Positions 27,226 through 36,635 of a stretch of 64,000 nucleotides of DNA are shown here, piece by piece (position 1 is the first letter of the stretch; every line of letters begins with the position of its first letter). Below the pieces are notes generated by a model that was not told where the DNA came from, did not search any database, and saw nothing but the letters and a program-made list of their open reading frames with translations. The translations under genes were made by a program, and so were the position numbers. This DNA is from Anaerohalosphaeraceae bacterium (GTDB lineage: Bacteria; Planctomycetota; Phycisphaerae; Sedimentisphaerales; Anaerohalosphaeraceae): the NCBI GenBank assembly GCA_963675525.2, contig CAXXSL010000011.1, positions 192,001 through 256,000 on the forward strand, read 5' to 3'.

Positions 27226-28908
27226 TCAAACTACCGCACGGATGCGGATCATTTCCTGTTCGATAATTTTCCGAGTGTGCCTTCTGTCCAAAATCCCTGC
27301 GGCAAGCTCATCTTCAGCACTTCTTACGATCGGCAATTGTTCATTCCCGCTCTCTTCCATTATTGCGATGGCCTCTTTCAGGGGCATCGTTTCGGGTATG
27401 CTGCGTATCCCCGGAACCAGAACATCAGCAACCACCATCCAGGTCCAGCAGTCACCGTCCAGCAATATATCTTTTAAATGGGACAATGTCAAGATTCCGG
27501 ACAATTTCCCGAGTGCATTAACAACCGGGTAGGCCATGTTTTCTCCCAGAGAAAACCGTTGTACGGCTCTTCCGATGGGATCGGTTTCATAGAGAGGTTC
27601 GACCTGCTTCAGTGCCACATCAGAGACCTTAAGTCTCTCTATCATATCTTCTTCCGTAATGTTCCGGTCATTCTCGCCTGCCAGACGAATGCTGAGCTTG
27701 ACCATGGCCGGACCGATGATCTGGACAATGAATGTCGTGGCCGTAACCCCGGAAATAATCAGTTCTCCAAGCGAAAGATTCTCCATAATTTGGATATTTC
27801 CCAGGTGCTGGCTGGCCATAATTGACAACCCGATCGCCACACCCCCCTGAGCAAAAATGCCCATCCCGCTGTATTTTTGGACCGCCTCTGAGGCTCCGGA
27901 CAATTTGGCTCCGACATAACAGCCGATCATTTTTCCCGCACTTCGGCCAATCACATAAACCGCAACAATGCCCCACATCCAAAGCGGCATATTAATGATT
28001 TCCAGACGGGCTCCAACCATCACAAAAAACATCACATAAATCGGCACCGAAAAACTCTTAACAACAGTAAGCAGTTTTTCACTTCGGTGCGGCGTCAGAT
28101 TGACCAAAAGCAGTCCCATCGCCATGGTCACTAAGATCACATCCAGATGCAGGGCAATGGCCACACCGATCACACAGAGCAGCATCCCGACACCGATTGC
28201 CAGCATACGTTCCTGTTTCTGATGCACATAGCGAAGAAATAAAACCATGATTGAACCGCTGATCAGACCAAAACACACCGACCCGCCCAATTCAATAATA
28301 ATTCGCAATACTTCCCCCAGTACATTGCCACCCTGCCCCAGCAGCATCTCGGCACAACTGGTTCCTACTCCGTAAAGTGTCATCGCCAATGCGTCATCGA
28401 GTGCGACGATCGCAATGATCGTCGTCGTCAGGACGCCGCGTGCCCGGTACTCCCATAAGACTTCCACCGTTGAAGCCGGGTCCGTCGCCGAAGCAATCGC
28501 GCCAAAAACAACGCCCGCCGCCAACGATGCCGCAAAATGATGCGTAACAAGATAAACGATACCGAATGTCGCCCCGGCAACAAGAAAAAATGCCAACAGA
28601 CCTTCCCAAAGCAGGATCTGAATAAACTGTTTACCGTATTGTTTAAACGTCTCGAACTTCAGCTCGCCCCCGACCAGAAAACCGATGATTCCCAAAGCAA
28701 ACCACGTAAACGAACGAAGGTTTTCAATGTCTTCGGTTCCCAGCAGTTTCAGGCCGCTTTTACCAATTAATATTCCAAAGGCAATATAGCCGACAACCTG
28801 CGGGATGCGGATCTTTTGGAAGAACCACGCCCCGAGAGCGCCGCCCAGAACACCGATGCCCAGCAGCATTAAAATCCCAAGATGAATCTCTGCCATCGCC
28901 AGAGGCAT
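27226..28908 (-). CDS. Cation:proton antiporter (CPA family) with C-terminal CBS pair
   Basis: About 12 TM helices; ATDPAST, VALDD and QGGVAIG motifs; CBS-like C-terminus. Confidence 0.9.
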   Translation of the reverse strand: MPLAMAEIHLGILMLLGIGVLGGALGAWFFQKIRIPQVVGYIAFGILIGKSGLKLLGTEDIENLRSFTWFALGIIGFLVGGELKFETFKQYGKQFIQILLWEGLLAFFLVAGATFGIVYLVTHHFAASLAAGVVFGAIASATDPASTVEVLWEYRARGVLTTTIIAIVALDDALAMTLYGVGTSCAEMLLGQGGNVLGEVLRIIIELGGSVCFGLISGSIMVLFLRYVHQKQERMLAIGVGMLLCVIGVAIALHLDVILVTMAMGLLLVNLTPHRSEKLLTVVKSFSVPIYVMFFVMVGARLEIINMPLWMWGIVAVYVIGRSAGKMIGCYVGAKLSGASEAVQKYSGMGIFAQGGVAIGLSIMASQHLGNIQIMENLSLGELIISGVTATTFIVQIIGPAMVKLSIRLAGENDRNITEEDMIERLKVSDVALKQVEPLYETDPIGRAVQRFSLGENMAYPVVNALGKLSGILTLSHLKDILLDGDCWTWMVVADVLVPGIRSIPETMPLKEAIAIMEESGNEQLPIVRSAEDELAAGILDRRHTRKIIEQEMIRIRAVV

Positions 28909-29567
28909 TATCGCCCTCCTTCCGTCAAAAGACTGTAAATGGTTTCCGCATCACAAGCCTGCACCAGCATTTCGCGAAGCACGGGATTTTTCAGACGTCC
29001 ACCGATCGCCGCCATCGTTTTTATATGCATGGTATGCTGGTCCTTGCCTGCCAGGATCATAAAAATTACGCGAACCGGTTGGCTGTCAAGGGATTCATAA
29101 TCGACGATATCCAGCGTGCTGACGCCAACTGCCATCAGCAGATTCTCAATGCCGTCCATCCGAACATGCGGGATACCAATCCCCAGCCCGATGCCGGTAC
29201 TCATGAGCTTTTCGCGTTGGAAAATTCCCTCCGCAACCGCGTCTCTGTCACCGATCGCACCGCTTTGATCCAGACCATCGATCATCTGCATCAATGCCGC
29301 ATCTTTGGAATCGACCTCCATCAGCATCACATGCTCCGGCTTGAGGATCTCCTTTAGCGACACAGGCGAAAATGTAACATTCTTTTTGGTATGCGAGGAA
29401 AGCTGCTCATCGACCCATTTTTCAACCTCTGACCGTTTAAACCGCCACGTTGTCCCCAGTTTCCCGCAGGGAATGACCCCATGCGTGGCCCAGTCATAGA
29501 CGGTCCGCTCCGAGACTCTCAAAAATTCTGCCACTTCCTGAACAGTCATAATGTCCGGCTTTGTCAT
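28908..29567 (-). CDS. Excisionase-like HTH fused to a PTS EIIA (Ntr/Fru-type) domain
   Basis: MTVQEVAEFLRVSERTVY...WRF; REKLMSTGIGLGIGIPH. Confidence 0.9.
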   Translation of the reverse strand: MTKPDIMTVQEVAEFLRVSERTVYDWATHGVIPCGKLGTTWRFKRSEVEKWVDEQLSSHTKKNVTFSPVSLKEILKPEHVMLMEVDSKDAALMQMIDGLDQSGAIGDRDAVAEGIFQREKLMSTGIGLGIGIPHVRMDGIENLLMAVGVSTLDIVDYESLDSQPVRVIFMILAGKDQHTMHIKTMAAIGGRLKNPVLREMLVQACDAETIYSLLTEGGR

Positions 29568-29697
29568 TTCCTGTTACCTCTCAAAATCCACATTAAAAGT
29601 CACATGAAAACCAAAAATGTCATTATATGCGATATATTCATCTAATTGCAATAAAAAACATTCTTTTCTCAAAAAAACATAAAAATGATGATATTCT

Positions 29698-29823
29698 GAA
29701 TTGGCTTCGTTTGGGTTTGTTTATTTAGTCGTTAATCGCTGATGAATGGTCGTTAGTCTTTTTGATAAAATCACTTACGATGATTTAGCTTCCGTTTGAA
29801 ATGGGTTTGTTTTGCGAAAAAGG
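29698..29823. repeat. Dispersed intergenic element of about 125 bp, copy 1
   Basis: TGGCTTCGTTTGGGTT...AAATCACTTA...AAATGGGTTTGTTTTGCGAAAAAAGG; similar to 36217-36343. Confidence 0.7.
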
Positions 29824-29824
29824 T

Positions 29825-30898
29825 CTATGGAACGATGCCGAAGAGCCAGTCATCGGCCAACAGGACTACATCGTTTGGGTCCACGGTGCCGCTCTGGTCG
29901 AAATCGGCCCACTCGCACCAGTTTGGATCCCCGCAGCCTGTTTGAAGCCAATGACCGGCCAGCACGGAAAAATCGTAGATATCGACTTCGTAATTCAGGT
30001 CCGTGTCTGCCGGAGACAGCGGCCAAATCGCGGTCGGATGTCCGCCATAGGTCGCCTCCCAACCGGTGGTTTCCGGGATGTAATAGATAGTTACATTGTC
30101 GTCATAATCGAACACAGATGCCCCAAAGCCGGGAGCATCTCCTCTAAAATAGACGCCGGTCAGATTGGGGCAGTAATAAAACGCCCCTTCCCCGATGGTG
30201 GTGACGCCGTTACCGATGATGACGTCGGTCAGGATGGAGCAGTGACTGAACGCCCTGTCCCCGATGGTGGTGACGCTGTTGCCGATGGTGACGCCGGGCA
30301 GGCCATCGCAGTTATAGAACGCATGAAACCCGAGAGTGGTGACGCTGTCGGGAATTGTATAGGTTCCGGCTTTGCCCTCCGGATATCGGGTGAGTTCCGT
30401 TTGGCTTTTGTTGAACAAGACCCCTTCTATGCTGCTATATGTGGAGTTAAGGGCATCGACTGTTATTGCTGTCAGACTGGTGCAGAGACTGAATGTATTG
30501 ACCCCAATGATGGCGACGCTGCTGCCGATAGTGATGCTGGTCAGGTTGCTGCACTCAAAAAACACCTGGCTACCGATGGTGGTAACGCTGTCGGGGATGG
30601 TGATGCTGGTCAGACTGTTACAATATTCGAACGCATAACTGCCGATGGTGGTGACCGTCAGGCCGGCGAGTGTACCGGGAATGGTGACGTCGCCGCCGGG
30701 GCCGAAGTAATCAGTGATGGTGCATGTGCCGTCGCCATTGTCGTCATAATAGTAACCTCCGTAAAAAGCGGCTTGTGCCGCGGCCGATAGCAACAGCAGG
30801 AGCAGCAGCGACAGGATTTTGAGAACGCAGGCGGTTGTTACACGTTGAACCCTTGTATGCAAGCCGTTCGTTTTGGAAGAAACGTTTTTTGTTCCCAT
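29825..30898 (-). CDS. BspA-type leucine-rich-repeat surface protein with dockerin-like tail
   Basis: AGGAG RBS before ATG 30898; repeated C..LTSITIPDSVTTIG..AF; ADFDQSGTVDPNDVVLLADDWL. Confidence 0.9.
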   Translation of the reverse strand: MGTKNVSSKTNGLHTRVQRVTTACVLKILSLLLLLLLSAAAQAAFYGGYYYDDNGDGTCTITDYFGPGGDVTIPGTLAGLTVTTIGSYAFEYCNSLTSITIPDSVTTIGSQVFFECSNLTSITIGSSVAIIGVNTFSLCTSLTAITVDALNSTYSSIEGVLFNKSQTELTRYPEGKAGTYTIPDSVTTLGFHAFYNCDGLPGVTIGNSVTTIGDRAFSHCSILTDVIIGNGVTTIGEGAFYYCPNLTGVYFRGDAPGFGASVFDYDDNVTIYYIPETTGWEATYGGHPTAIWPLSPADTDLNYEVDIYDFSVLAGHWLQTGCGDPNWCEWADFDQSGTVDPNDVVLLADDWLFGIVP

Positions 30899-31236
30899 CC
30901 TCGTTCTCCTTCGAGTTCTCCTTTTAGTCATTACATGGAACGCGGCCCTGCTGTGCCTGTCAAATGCGTAACCGATTAAATAGTCCGCGTTTCCATTGTG
31001 ATAAATAGTATACACGAAGGCCCATCTGACGTCAATGAAAATTCCCCCATAATAAGAGTCGTCAATTATACAGAATTTAGGCGTCCTAAAGGATGACTTT
31101 GTCCTGTTCGGTAAAAAACTTGCTTGACTGGCAGGATGATAGCAAACATGTCGGTTTTTGGTGAACAACGGTTCAAGGTTCCAAAGAGGGGCTTGTCTTT
31201 TGGGAGACGTTGGATACAATGGCGGCGGTGAACATG

Positions 31237-31295
31237 GGATCCGCCTATCGGCGGATGACTGTTTAAATAGATTCCTTGGCTGCGCTCGGAATGAC
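31237..31295. repeat. Paired REP-like palindromes, copy 1
   Basis: GGATCCGCC..GGCGGATGAC-TGTTTAAATAGATTCC..GGAATGAC; same arrangement at 36146-36207. Confidence 0.7.
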
Positions 31296-31341
31296 CGTTT
31301 TGATGCTGGATGCTTGAGTCGTTGACAGAACAGGATTTATA

Positions 31342-32229
31342 ATGGCGATATTGGTTGGGATTGATGAAGCTGGATATGGACCCTTACTGGGGCCACTGGT
31401 GGTTTCGAGCGCGGTGTTTCGGTTGCCGGAAGAACTGCTGCGTACCGACCTCTGGGATGTCCTGCAAAAGGCTGTTACATCGGGAAAAAAAGGAGCCGCC
31501 GGGCGTATTCTGATTACCGACAGCAAGAAGGCCTACAACCGCAGCAGCGGCATCAAACACCTCCGGCGTACCGTACATGCCTGCCTGGGTGCGGTATCCA
31601 ACCATCAGGATGAACCGATACATACCGCCGCTCAACTGATCCAAAAACTTTGCCCCGGTTGCGCCGGCCGCATTATAGAATACCCTTGGTACAACGCTCT
31701 ACATGAACATACACTCCCGCAGCAAGTCGACGAGATACAGATCGCCTCCGGTGTTTTAAAACGCACCCTGGCAGACAATAACATCCATCTGGTCGGCATT
31801 CACAGCGAATGCCTGGATGTCGCTTTCTATAACAGCCGGGTCACAGCCGTCAAAAACAAAAGCCGGGTTTTGTTTACGGCACTCTGTTCACTGATCATGG
31901 ATGTGCTCAATCATGCACCGGCGAATGATCCGATACAGATCATCGTTGACCGTCAGGGCGGCCGGGTCAATTATCAGCAGGAACTGCTGCGGATGTTCCC
32001 GGGGTTTTCGCTTTCGGTCATCCGTCAGGATGAAAAGATGAGCAGCTATGAATTGAGCGGAAATAACAGGACTATGAGAGTCCACTTCTGTGTCAAGGCT
32101 GATTCAAAATACCTGCCCGTATGTCTGTATTCAGTATATATACCTATGGTTGATTTATTAACTCTTTCTTACACAATTAGTTATATTGATAACTCAAAAT
32201 ATCTCTTTTTTAGATGTTTCTTCCTATAG
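31342..32229 (+). pseudogene. rnhB: Ribonuclease HII-like gene, C-terminally truncated at about 32127
   Basis: GIDEAGYGPLLGPLVV, DSKK, IIVDRQGG and KADSKYLPV motifs; the expected ASxxAK..R helix is replaced by AT-rich sequence. Confidence 0.6.
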
Positions 32230-32268
32230 TAAATTATCTGATTTTTATATTTTTTTCAATTTTTAATC

Positions 32269-32297
32269 TTGCATCCACCCCCAAAACAGGTTAGATT
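32269..32297 (+). promoter_or_regulatory. Sigma70-type promoter preceding a structured non-coding segment
   Basis: TTGCAT-17 nt-TAGATT. Confidence 0.55.
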
Positions 32298-32302
32298 ATT
32301 AT

Positions 32303-32467
32303 ACATAGGCAAAACGCAGTATTTTGCTTTTGCGTGACTTCTATGTCCAGAGGCCATAGTGGTGGTTTTTTAAGATGAAAGCTCCTTCTGCCGCCCGTAA
32401 CTTCAGTAGCCCTGGGAAGTTCACCGACTTCCTCCTCCTTCTGCGAAGTGCGGGCGGTCTTTTTTTT
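32303..32467 (+). ncRNA. Candidate small RNA (two hairpins plus T8)
   Basis: ACATAG/CTATGT and GCAAAA/TTTTGC stem; GCCGCCCGTA/TGCGGGCGGT stem enclosing CCTCCTCC; T-tract. Confidence 0.45.
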
Positions 32468-32702
32468 GCCTACTCGGCATAAAAAGACCCGTATGGGTAA
32501 TCCCTTAAAATCAATCGAGTTTCCCCTGTCCTGAACTCTTTTTTTAAATTCATTAAGTCATTGTCGTCTATTACCTTAACGACCATCGCCGAAAAAATAA
32601 TCATTTTGTTCGGTTTTTGTTTGGTGTTATTCGCCCTGAGATGCCGATAGATATTTTCACGTGAAAGACAGTTGTAAACACTCTTTTTAGCAGGATAAAA
32701 CG

Positions 32703-33215
32703 ATGGACCGTTTTAAAAACACAAATAAGGAACTTCCACTTTGCAAGTTCGGCCCGGGCGGCGATTATGTCAGCGAATGGCATGCTGATGATCCTATCGG
32801 CAATTGCGAGCAGCATACGGACGGCTCACCGCTTGGCAAGGTTCTCAATGCAATCGCCGAAATCATCGGCGCCACAGTGCAACCGGAAATGTTGACTGAA
32901 ATCGCTTGTGCAATGCCGATCGAACACGAAAAAACCCAGTCCCATTCTCAGGAGAAAATTCACAATGATCAGTCCACCGATCCATCAGCCAACAGAGATC
33001 ACGCCAAAACAACTGGTAGTCCTTCGACAAATTGGAAACTTTCAAAAGAACCGATGCTATTCAGCAACGATTGGGGAACTGGCTCATGCACTGGGCATAA
33101 GCCGCACTACCGCGTACGAACACATCGCCGCACTGCGAGAAAAAAAGCTGCTGACAGCGTCCACGGGCAAGGCACGCTGTTCGAAACTCACCGGCGGCGG
33201 CGTAAAACTGCTTAA
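32703..33215 (+). CDS. Hypothetical protein overlapping the 5' part of lexA
   Basis: AGGA RBS; 170-codon ORF, about half of it in an alternative frame of lexA. Confidence 0.4.
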   Translation: MDRFKNTNKELPLCKFGPGGDYVSEWHADDPIGNCEQHTDGSPLGKVLNAIAEIIGATVQPEMLTEIACAMPIEHEKTQSHSQEKIHNDQSTDPSANRDHAKTTGSPSTNWKLSKEPMLFSNDWGTGSCTGHKPHYRVRTHRRTARKKAADSVHGQGTLFETHRRRRKTA

Positions 33216-33654
33216 ACAGGCATCACAGCTCGAAAAGAAAAGTACACTTCAACTCTCGTCACGGGTTGAGGACTTGGCTTCGGAGGGAATCTATTTACGC
33301 GGGTGTGTTTCGGCCGGTTACGGCATTGACGCCATTGAATCGCAAGAGCCGTTTTCGCTGGGTGATGTCTTCGGAAATCGCGGGGATGTTTTTGCACTGC
33401 AGGTTCGCGGCAACAGTATGATCGACGCAGGCATTCACGACGGCGATTATGTGATGTGCCGACAGGCCGATGCCGCACAGAACGGACAACTTGTTATCGC
33501 CCTGCTGGACGATGGGGAAAATGCAACCGTTAAACGCTTCTTTAAAGACGCCAATGCCGTGCGTCTCCAACCTGAAAACGATGCTTTCGAACCCATCCTG
33601 TCGACTCACTGCCGAATTCAGGCCGTCGTCGTGGGAGTCGTCCGACAATTTTAA
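32965..33654 (+). CDS. lexA: LexA repressor
   Basis: AGGAG RBS; TPKQ...TIGELAHALG wHTH; Ala-Gly cleavage site VSAG; GNSMID Ser; TVKRF Lys. Confidence 0.93.
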   Translation: MISPPIHQPTEITPKQLVVLRQIGNFQKNRCYSATIGELAHALGISRTTAYEHIAALREKKLLTASTGKARCSKLTGGGVKLLKQASQLEKKSTLQLSSRVEDLASEGIYLRGCVSAGYGIDAIESQEPFSLGDVFGNRGDVFALQVRGNSMIDAGIHDGDYVMCRQADAAQNGQLVIALLDDGENATVKRFFKDANAVRLQPENDAFEPILSTHCRIQAVVVGVVRQF

Positions 33655-34595
33655 CCGGCGGATGATCGTCCCTCGTCAGCTTTTTTGTTTAGCCAATCGA
33701 TTATGTCCTGCCAGATTTTCCGATAGAGTTCTGGATTCTCATAGAAGCCTTCGTTGTGCCCGCCTTTCAGTTCACGGAACAACTTCGGTTCGTTGGCTGC
33801 CTCAAATAGCTGTTTTCCGAATTCGTAAGGAATAATCTCGTCATCGGGACTGTGAACCACAAAGACGGGGCACTGTAAATGTTTGACAGCATCGAGCGTG
33901 TTATAGTCAAATCGGGCAAACCATCTGACCGGCAGGAACGGATAATAGTTCTGACCGACATCGACGAAAGAGGTAAAGGAGCTTTCAAGGACAACCCCTG
34001 CCGGAGCCACTTCTTGGGCGACGATTGCCGCAACACTTCCGCCCAGTGACCGACCGAAGAGAATGATCCGGGCCGGTGATTGCTTCTTTTGATCAACCAG
34101 CCAGTTCCAGCCCGTTTTGATATCCAACAACGTGCCCTTTTCCGTCGGTCTGCCCGAACTCTGCCCGTAACCCCGATAATCCACGATGAGACAATTCAAG
34201 CCGAGTTCATAAAACAGTTCGAGCGTGTCCAGTCGATGCGAGATATTTCCGGCGTTGCCGTGACAAAAAAGGACCGTCCATTGACCATTACCAGCGGCAG
34301 CCGGAATATACCACCCCGTTATCGATTGCCCGTCCGTTGTTTGCAGCGTCACGGCTTCGTAATCCAACCCGACGTCTTTGGGCGTGTAAGCATACTCCCG
34401 GTGCGGCTGATACAATATCCGGGACTGCATCAAAAACAGCATCAGGCAAAGTCCCGCATAGACCGCCAGAAGAATCCCCAAAATGCCCCATACAACCGCC
34501 ATAAGCCGGCCCCTTTTGTAGCGCCGCCAGCCAATAAAAACCAGCGACAAAACAATTAATATCCATAACACAATGCGTATATAATCCATTATCAC
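33651..34595 (-). CDS. Membrane-anchored alpha/beta hydrolase (ABHD13-like)
   Basis: HGNAGNIS, DYRGYG, GRSLGG, DEII and GGHN motifs. Confidence 0.9.
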   Translation of the reverse strand: MIMDYIRIVLWILIVLSLVFIGWRRYKRGRLMAVVWGILGILLAVYAGLCLMLFLMQSRILYQPHREYAYTPKDVGLDYEAVTLQTTDGQSITGWYIPAAAGNGQWTVLFCHGNAGNISHRLDTLELFYELGLNCLIVDYRGYGQSSGRPTEKGTLLDIKTGWNWLVDQKKQSPARIILFGRSLGGSVAAIVAQEVAPAGVVLESSFTSFVDVGQNYYPFLPVRWFARFDYNTLDAVKHLQCPVFVVHSPDDEIIPYEFGKQLFEAANEPKLFRELKGGHNEGFYENPELYRKIWQDIIDWLNKKADEGRSSAG

Positions 34596-34682
34596 CTCAT
34601 GAAGCGGGAAAACAGCCGCATTTTAAGTTGTAAAGCCTGAAAGAACAAGATAGAATCTTCAAATTAACGATGCAAGCCCCTT

Positions 34683-34772
34683 GTCATTCCCGCGAAGGCG
34701 GGAATCCAGCGATGGCTTGCCCCGCCATCCGATGGGGAACGCTCTGGATCCCGGCTCGGGGGCTGGGATGAC
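34683..34772. repeat. Inverted pair of REP-like palindromes
   Basis: GTCATTCCCGCGAAGGCGGGAATCC ... GGATCCCGGCTCGGGGGCTGGGATGAC. Confidence 0.7.
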
Positions 34773-34800
34773 ACAAAGGTAACGGATAACAATTGGATTC

Positions 34801-35856
34801 ATGATGAAACGACGTAAAACCAAAACTGTCACGGTCGGCTCACTCAAACTCGGCACGAAATATCCGATTGTCGTGCAGACGATGACCAAGGTCTTTACCA
34901 CCGATGTCAACGCCTGTCTGCGGCAGATCCGCCAACTGGAGGCCGCCGGCTGCGGGCTCGTGCGCATTGCCGTACCGACCAAGGCCGATACCGAGGCGTT
35001 CGCGAAAATCGTCGCCAAAGTCAACATGCCCGTTGTGGCGGATGTGCATTTTTCCGCCGCCCGCGCGATTGAAGCCATTGAAGCGGGAGCGGTAAAAATC
35101 CGGCTCAATCCCGGCAATGTCAAAGACCCGAAAGATATCCGCCGGATTATCGATTGCGCCAAAGCCCACAAAATCGCTATTCGCGTCGGCGTCAATGAAG
35201 CGAGCATTCGGGACCTGAAAGAAGACGTCCCCCCCGCCCGGCGAACTGCGTTGATGCTCAAGGAACTGAAAAGCTATGTCCGCCTGTTTGAAAAACAGGG
35301 ATTCGACAATCTCGTCCTCAGCGCCAAAAGCGCCGATACTGTGCGGACGATTGAGGTCAACCGGGCCATCGCCACAGCGTTTGAGTATCCGATGCACCTG
35401 GGGCTGACGCATGCGGGCCTGCCGGAAGATGCGCTGGTGCCGTCATCGGTCGCTATCGGCACACTGCTGGCCGAAGGCATCGGCGATACGATTCGCGTCA
35501 GCATCGCAGGCGACCCGGTAGAGGAAATACATATCGGCCGGGCGATTCTGCGGTCGTTGGGACTGGAAGAAACAATGGGGCCCCAGCTCGTCGTCTGCCC
35601 CACCTGCGGCCGGTGCCGGATTGATGTGGTTAATCTGGCTAAGAAAGTCAAACGGCTGTTAGCCGATGTCGACAAACCACTGCATGTAGCCGTGATGGGC
35701 TGCGTGGTCAACGGCCCCGGCGAAGCCGCCGACGCCGACATCGCCATCTGCGCCGCAGAAGGAAAAGGCTACCTCTACAAAAACGGAAAAAAACTCGCCG
35801 TTGTCGATGAAGCAAATCTGCTGGACGCTCTGGCAAAAGAAATTGAAAAGTTTTAA
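34801..35856 (+). CDS. ispG: 4-hydroxy-3-methylbut-2-en-1-yl diphosphate synthase
   Basis: VADVHF, RLNPGN, GIGDTIRVS, CPTCGR and MGCVVNGPGEA motifs. Confidence 0.97.
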   Translation: MMKRRKTKTVTVGSLKLGTKYPIVVQTMTKVFTTDVNACLRQIRQLEAAGCGLVRIAVPTKADTEAFAKIVAKVNMPVVADVHFSAARAIEAIEAGAVKIRLNPGNVKDPKDIRRIIDCAKAHKIAIRVGVNEASIRDLKEDVPPARRTALMLKELKSYVRLFEKQGFDNLVLSAKSADTVRTIEVNRAIATAFEYPMHLGLTHAGLPEDALVPSSVAIGTLLAEGIGDTIRVSIAGDPVEEIHIGRAILRSLGLEETMGPQLVVCPTCGRCRIDVVNLAKKVKRLLADVDKPLHVAVMGCVVNGPGEAADADIAICAAEGKGYLYKNGKKLAVVDEANLLDALAKEIEKF

Positions 35857-35970
35857 CCCCCTCCCTCCTTCGGAGTACTCCCCCTTACAGGGGGAGAGTT
35901 GTTAAAAAAGCTTGTTTTTGAGAAAAAATGCGTTTTATGTGCCAAAAACGCGGATTCTTGTTGTTTTTAT

Positions 35971-36075
35971 GACACCAAAGTAGTCCTAAACGATGCCAAA
36001 GTTGTCCAAAGATGCGCCAAAGTGTGCCATAAATGCGCCAAAGTTGTCCAGTCTGTCGCCATTTTTGTCCTGTTT
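35971..36075. repeat. Degenerate 21-bp tandem repeat, 5 copies
   Basis: gacaccaaagtagtcctaaac / gatgccaaagttgtccaaaga / tgcgccaaagtgtgccataaa / tgcgccaaagttgtccagtct / gtcgccatttttgtcctgttt. Confidence 0.75.
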
Positions 36076-36145
36076 GAAACCACCGATTACGCAAATATTA
36101 AATGCAAGAACTCAAGGACGCAGGAACATAAGGACTCAAGAATGT

Positions 36146-36207
36146 GGAATCCCGACAAAGTCGGGATGACTGTTTCAAATAGATCCTTCGACTTCGCTCA
36201 GGATGAC
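36146..36207. repeat. Paired REP-like palindromes, copy 2
   Basis: GGAATCCCGAC..GTCGGGATGAC-TGTTTCAAATAGATCCT..AGGATGAC. Confidence 0.7.
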
Positions 36208-36216
36208 ACTGCATGT

Positions 36217-36343
36217 CAAATGGCTTCGTTTGGGTTCGTTTTAATTACAGCTCTCAGACTTCAGATTTCAGTAACCAGTTGCGGAGAAATCGCTTAGCGT
36301 GATTTTCCCTTTTTACAAAATGGGTTCGTTTTACGAAAAAAGG
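36217..36343. repeat. Dispersed intergenic element of about 125 bp, copy 2
   Basis: TGGCTTCGTTTGGGTT...AAATCGCTTA...AAATGGGTTCGTTTTACGAAAAAAGG. Confidence 0.7.
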
Positions 36344-36635
36344 TGTGTTAAAAAACCTAAGAACCCTCTGAATTGACACTTTAGGCGCAAATTACAGACA
36401 GTCTTTGCATGGCTTGCGCCATGGCGTTTTTATTTGGCTGCTTTGTTGGCCAAGCGAGATAGCGGTTCTCGCACTCTATTAAATTGTGAATATTCAATTT
36501 TTTGGTCTCCGCCGAGGCTCCGACCCCACACGGTGTATTATCGCACAAGTTAGATAAAAAGTAAACAATTATTTTAAGAATTCAGCAAATTATCATAAGT
36601 ATGTGAGGGCGGCTGTTGGTGGGTGAATTTTTACG

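Noticed and set aside
29801..30790. 329-aa plus-strand repetitive ORF
   Set aside because: Antisense shadow of the BspA-type LRR gene
30899..31219. N-terminal extension of the LRR ORF
   Set aside because: The RBS and signal peptide point to ATG 30898; the upstream part looks non-coding
32303..32400. c-di-GMP-I riboswitch (GGCAAA start)
   Set aside because: Lacks the GNRA tetraloop/receptor and the GACGCAAAGC junction
35971..36075. CRISPR array
   Set aside because: 21-bp period with no unique spacers, degenerate units and no cas genes
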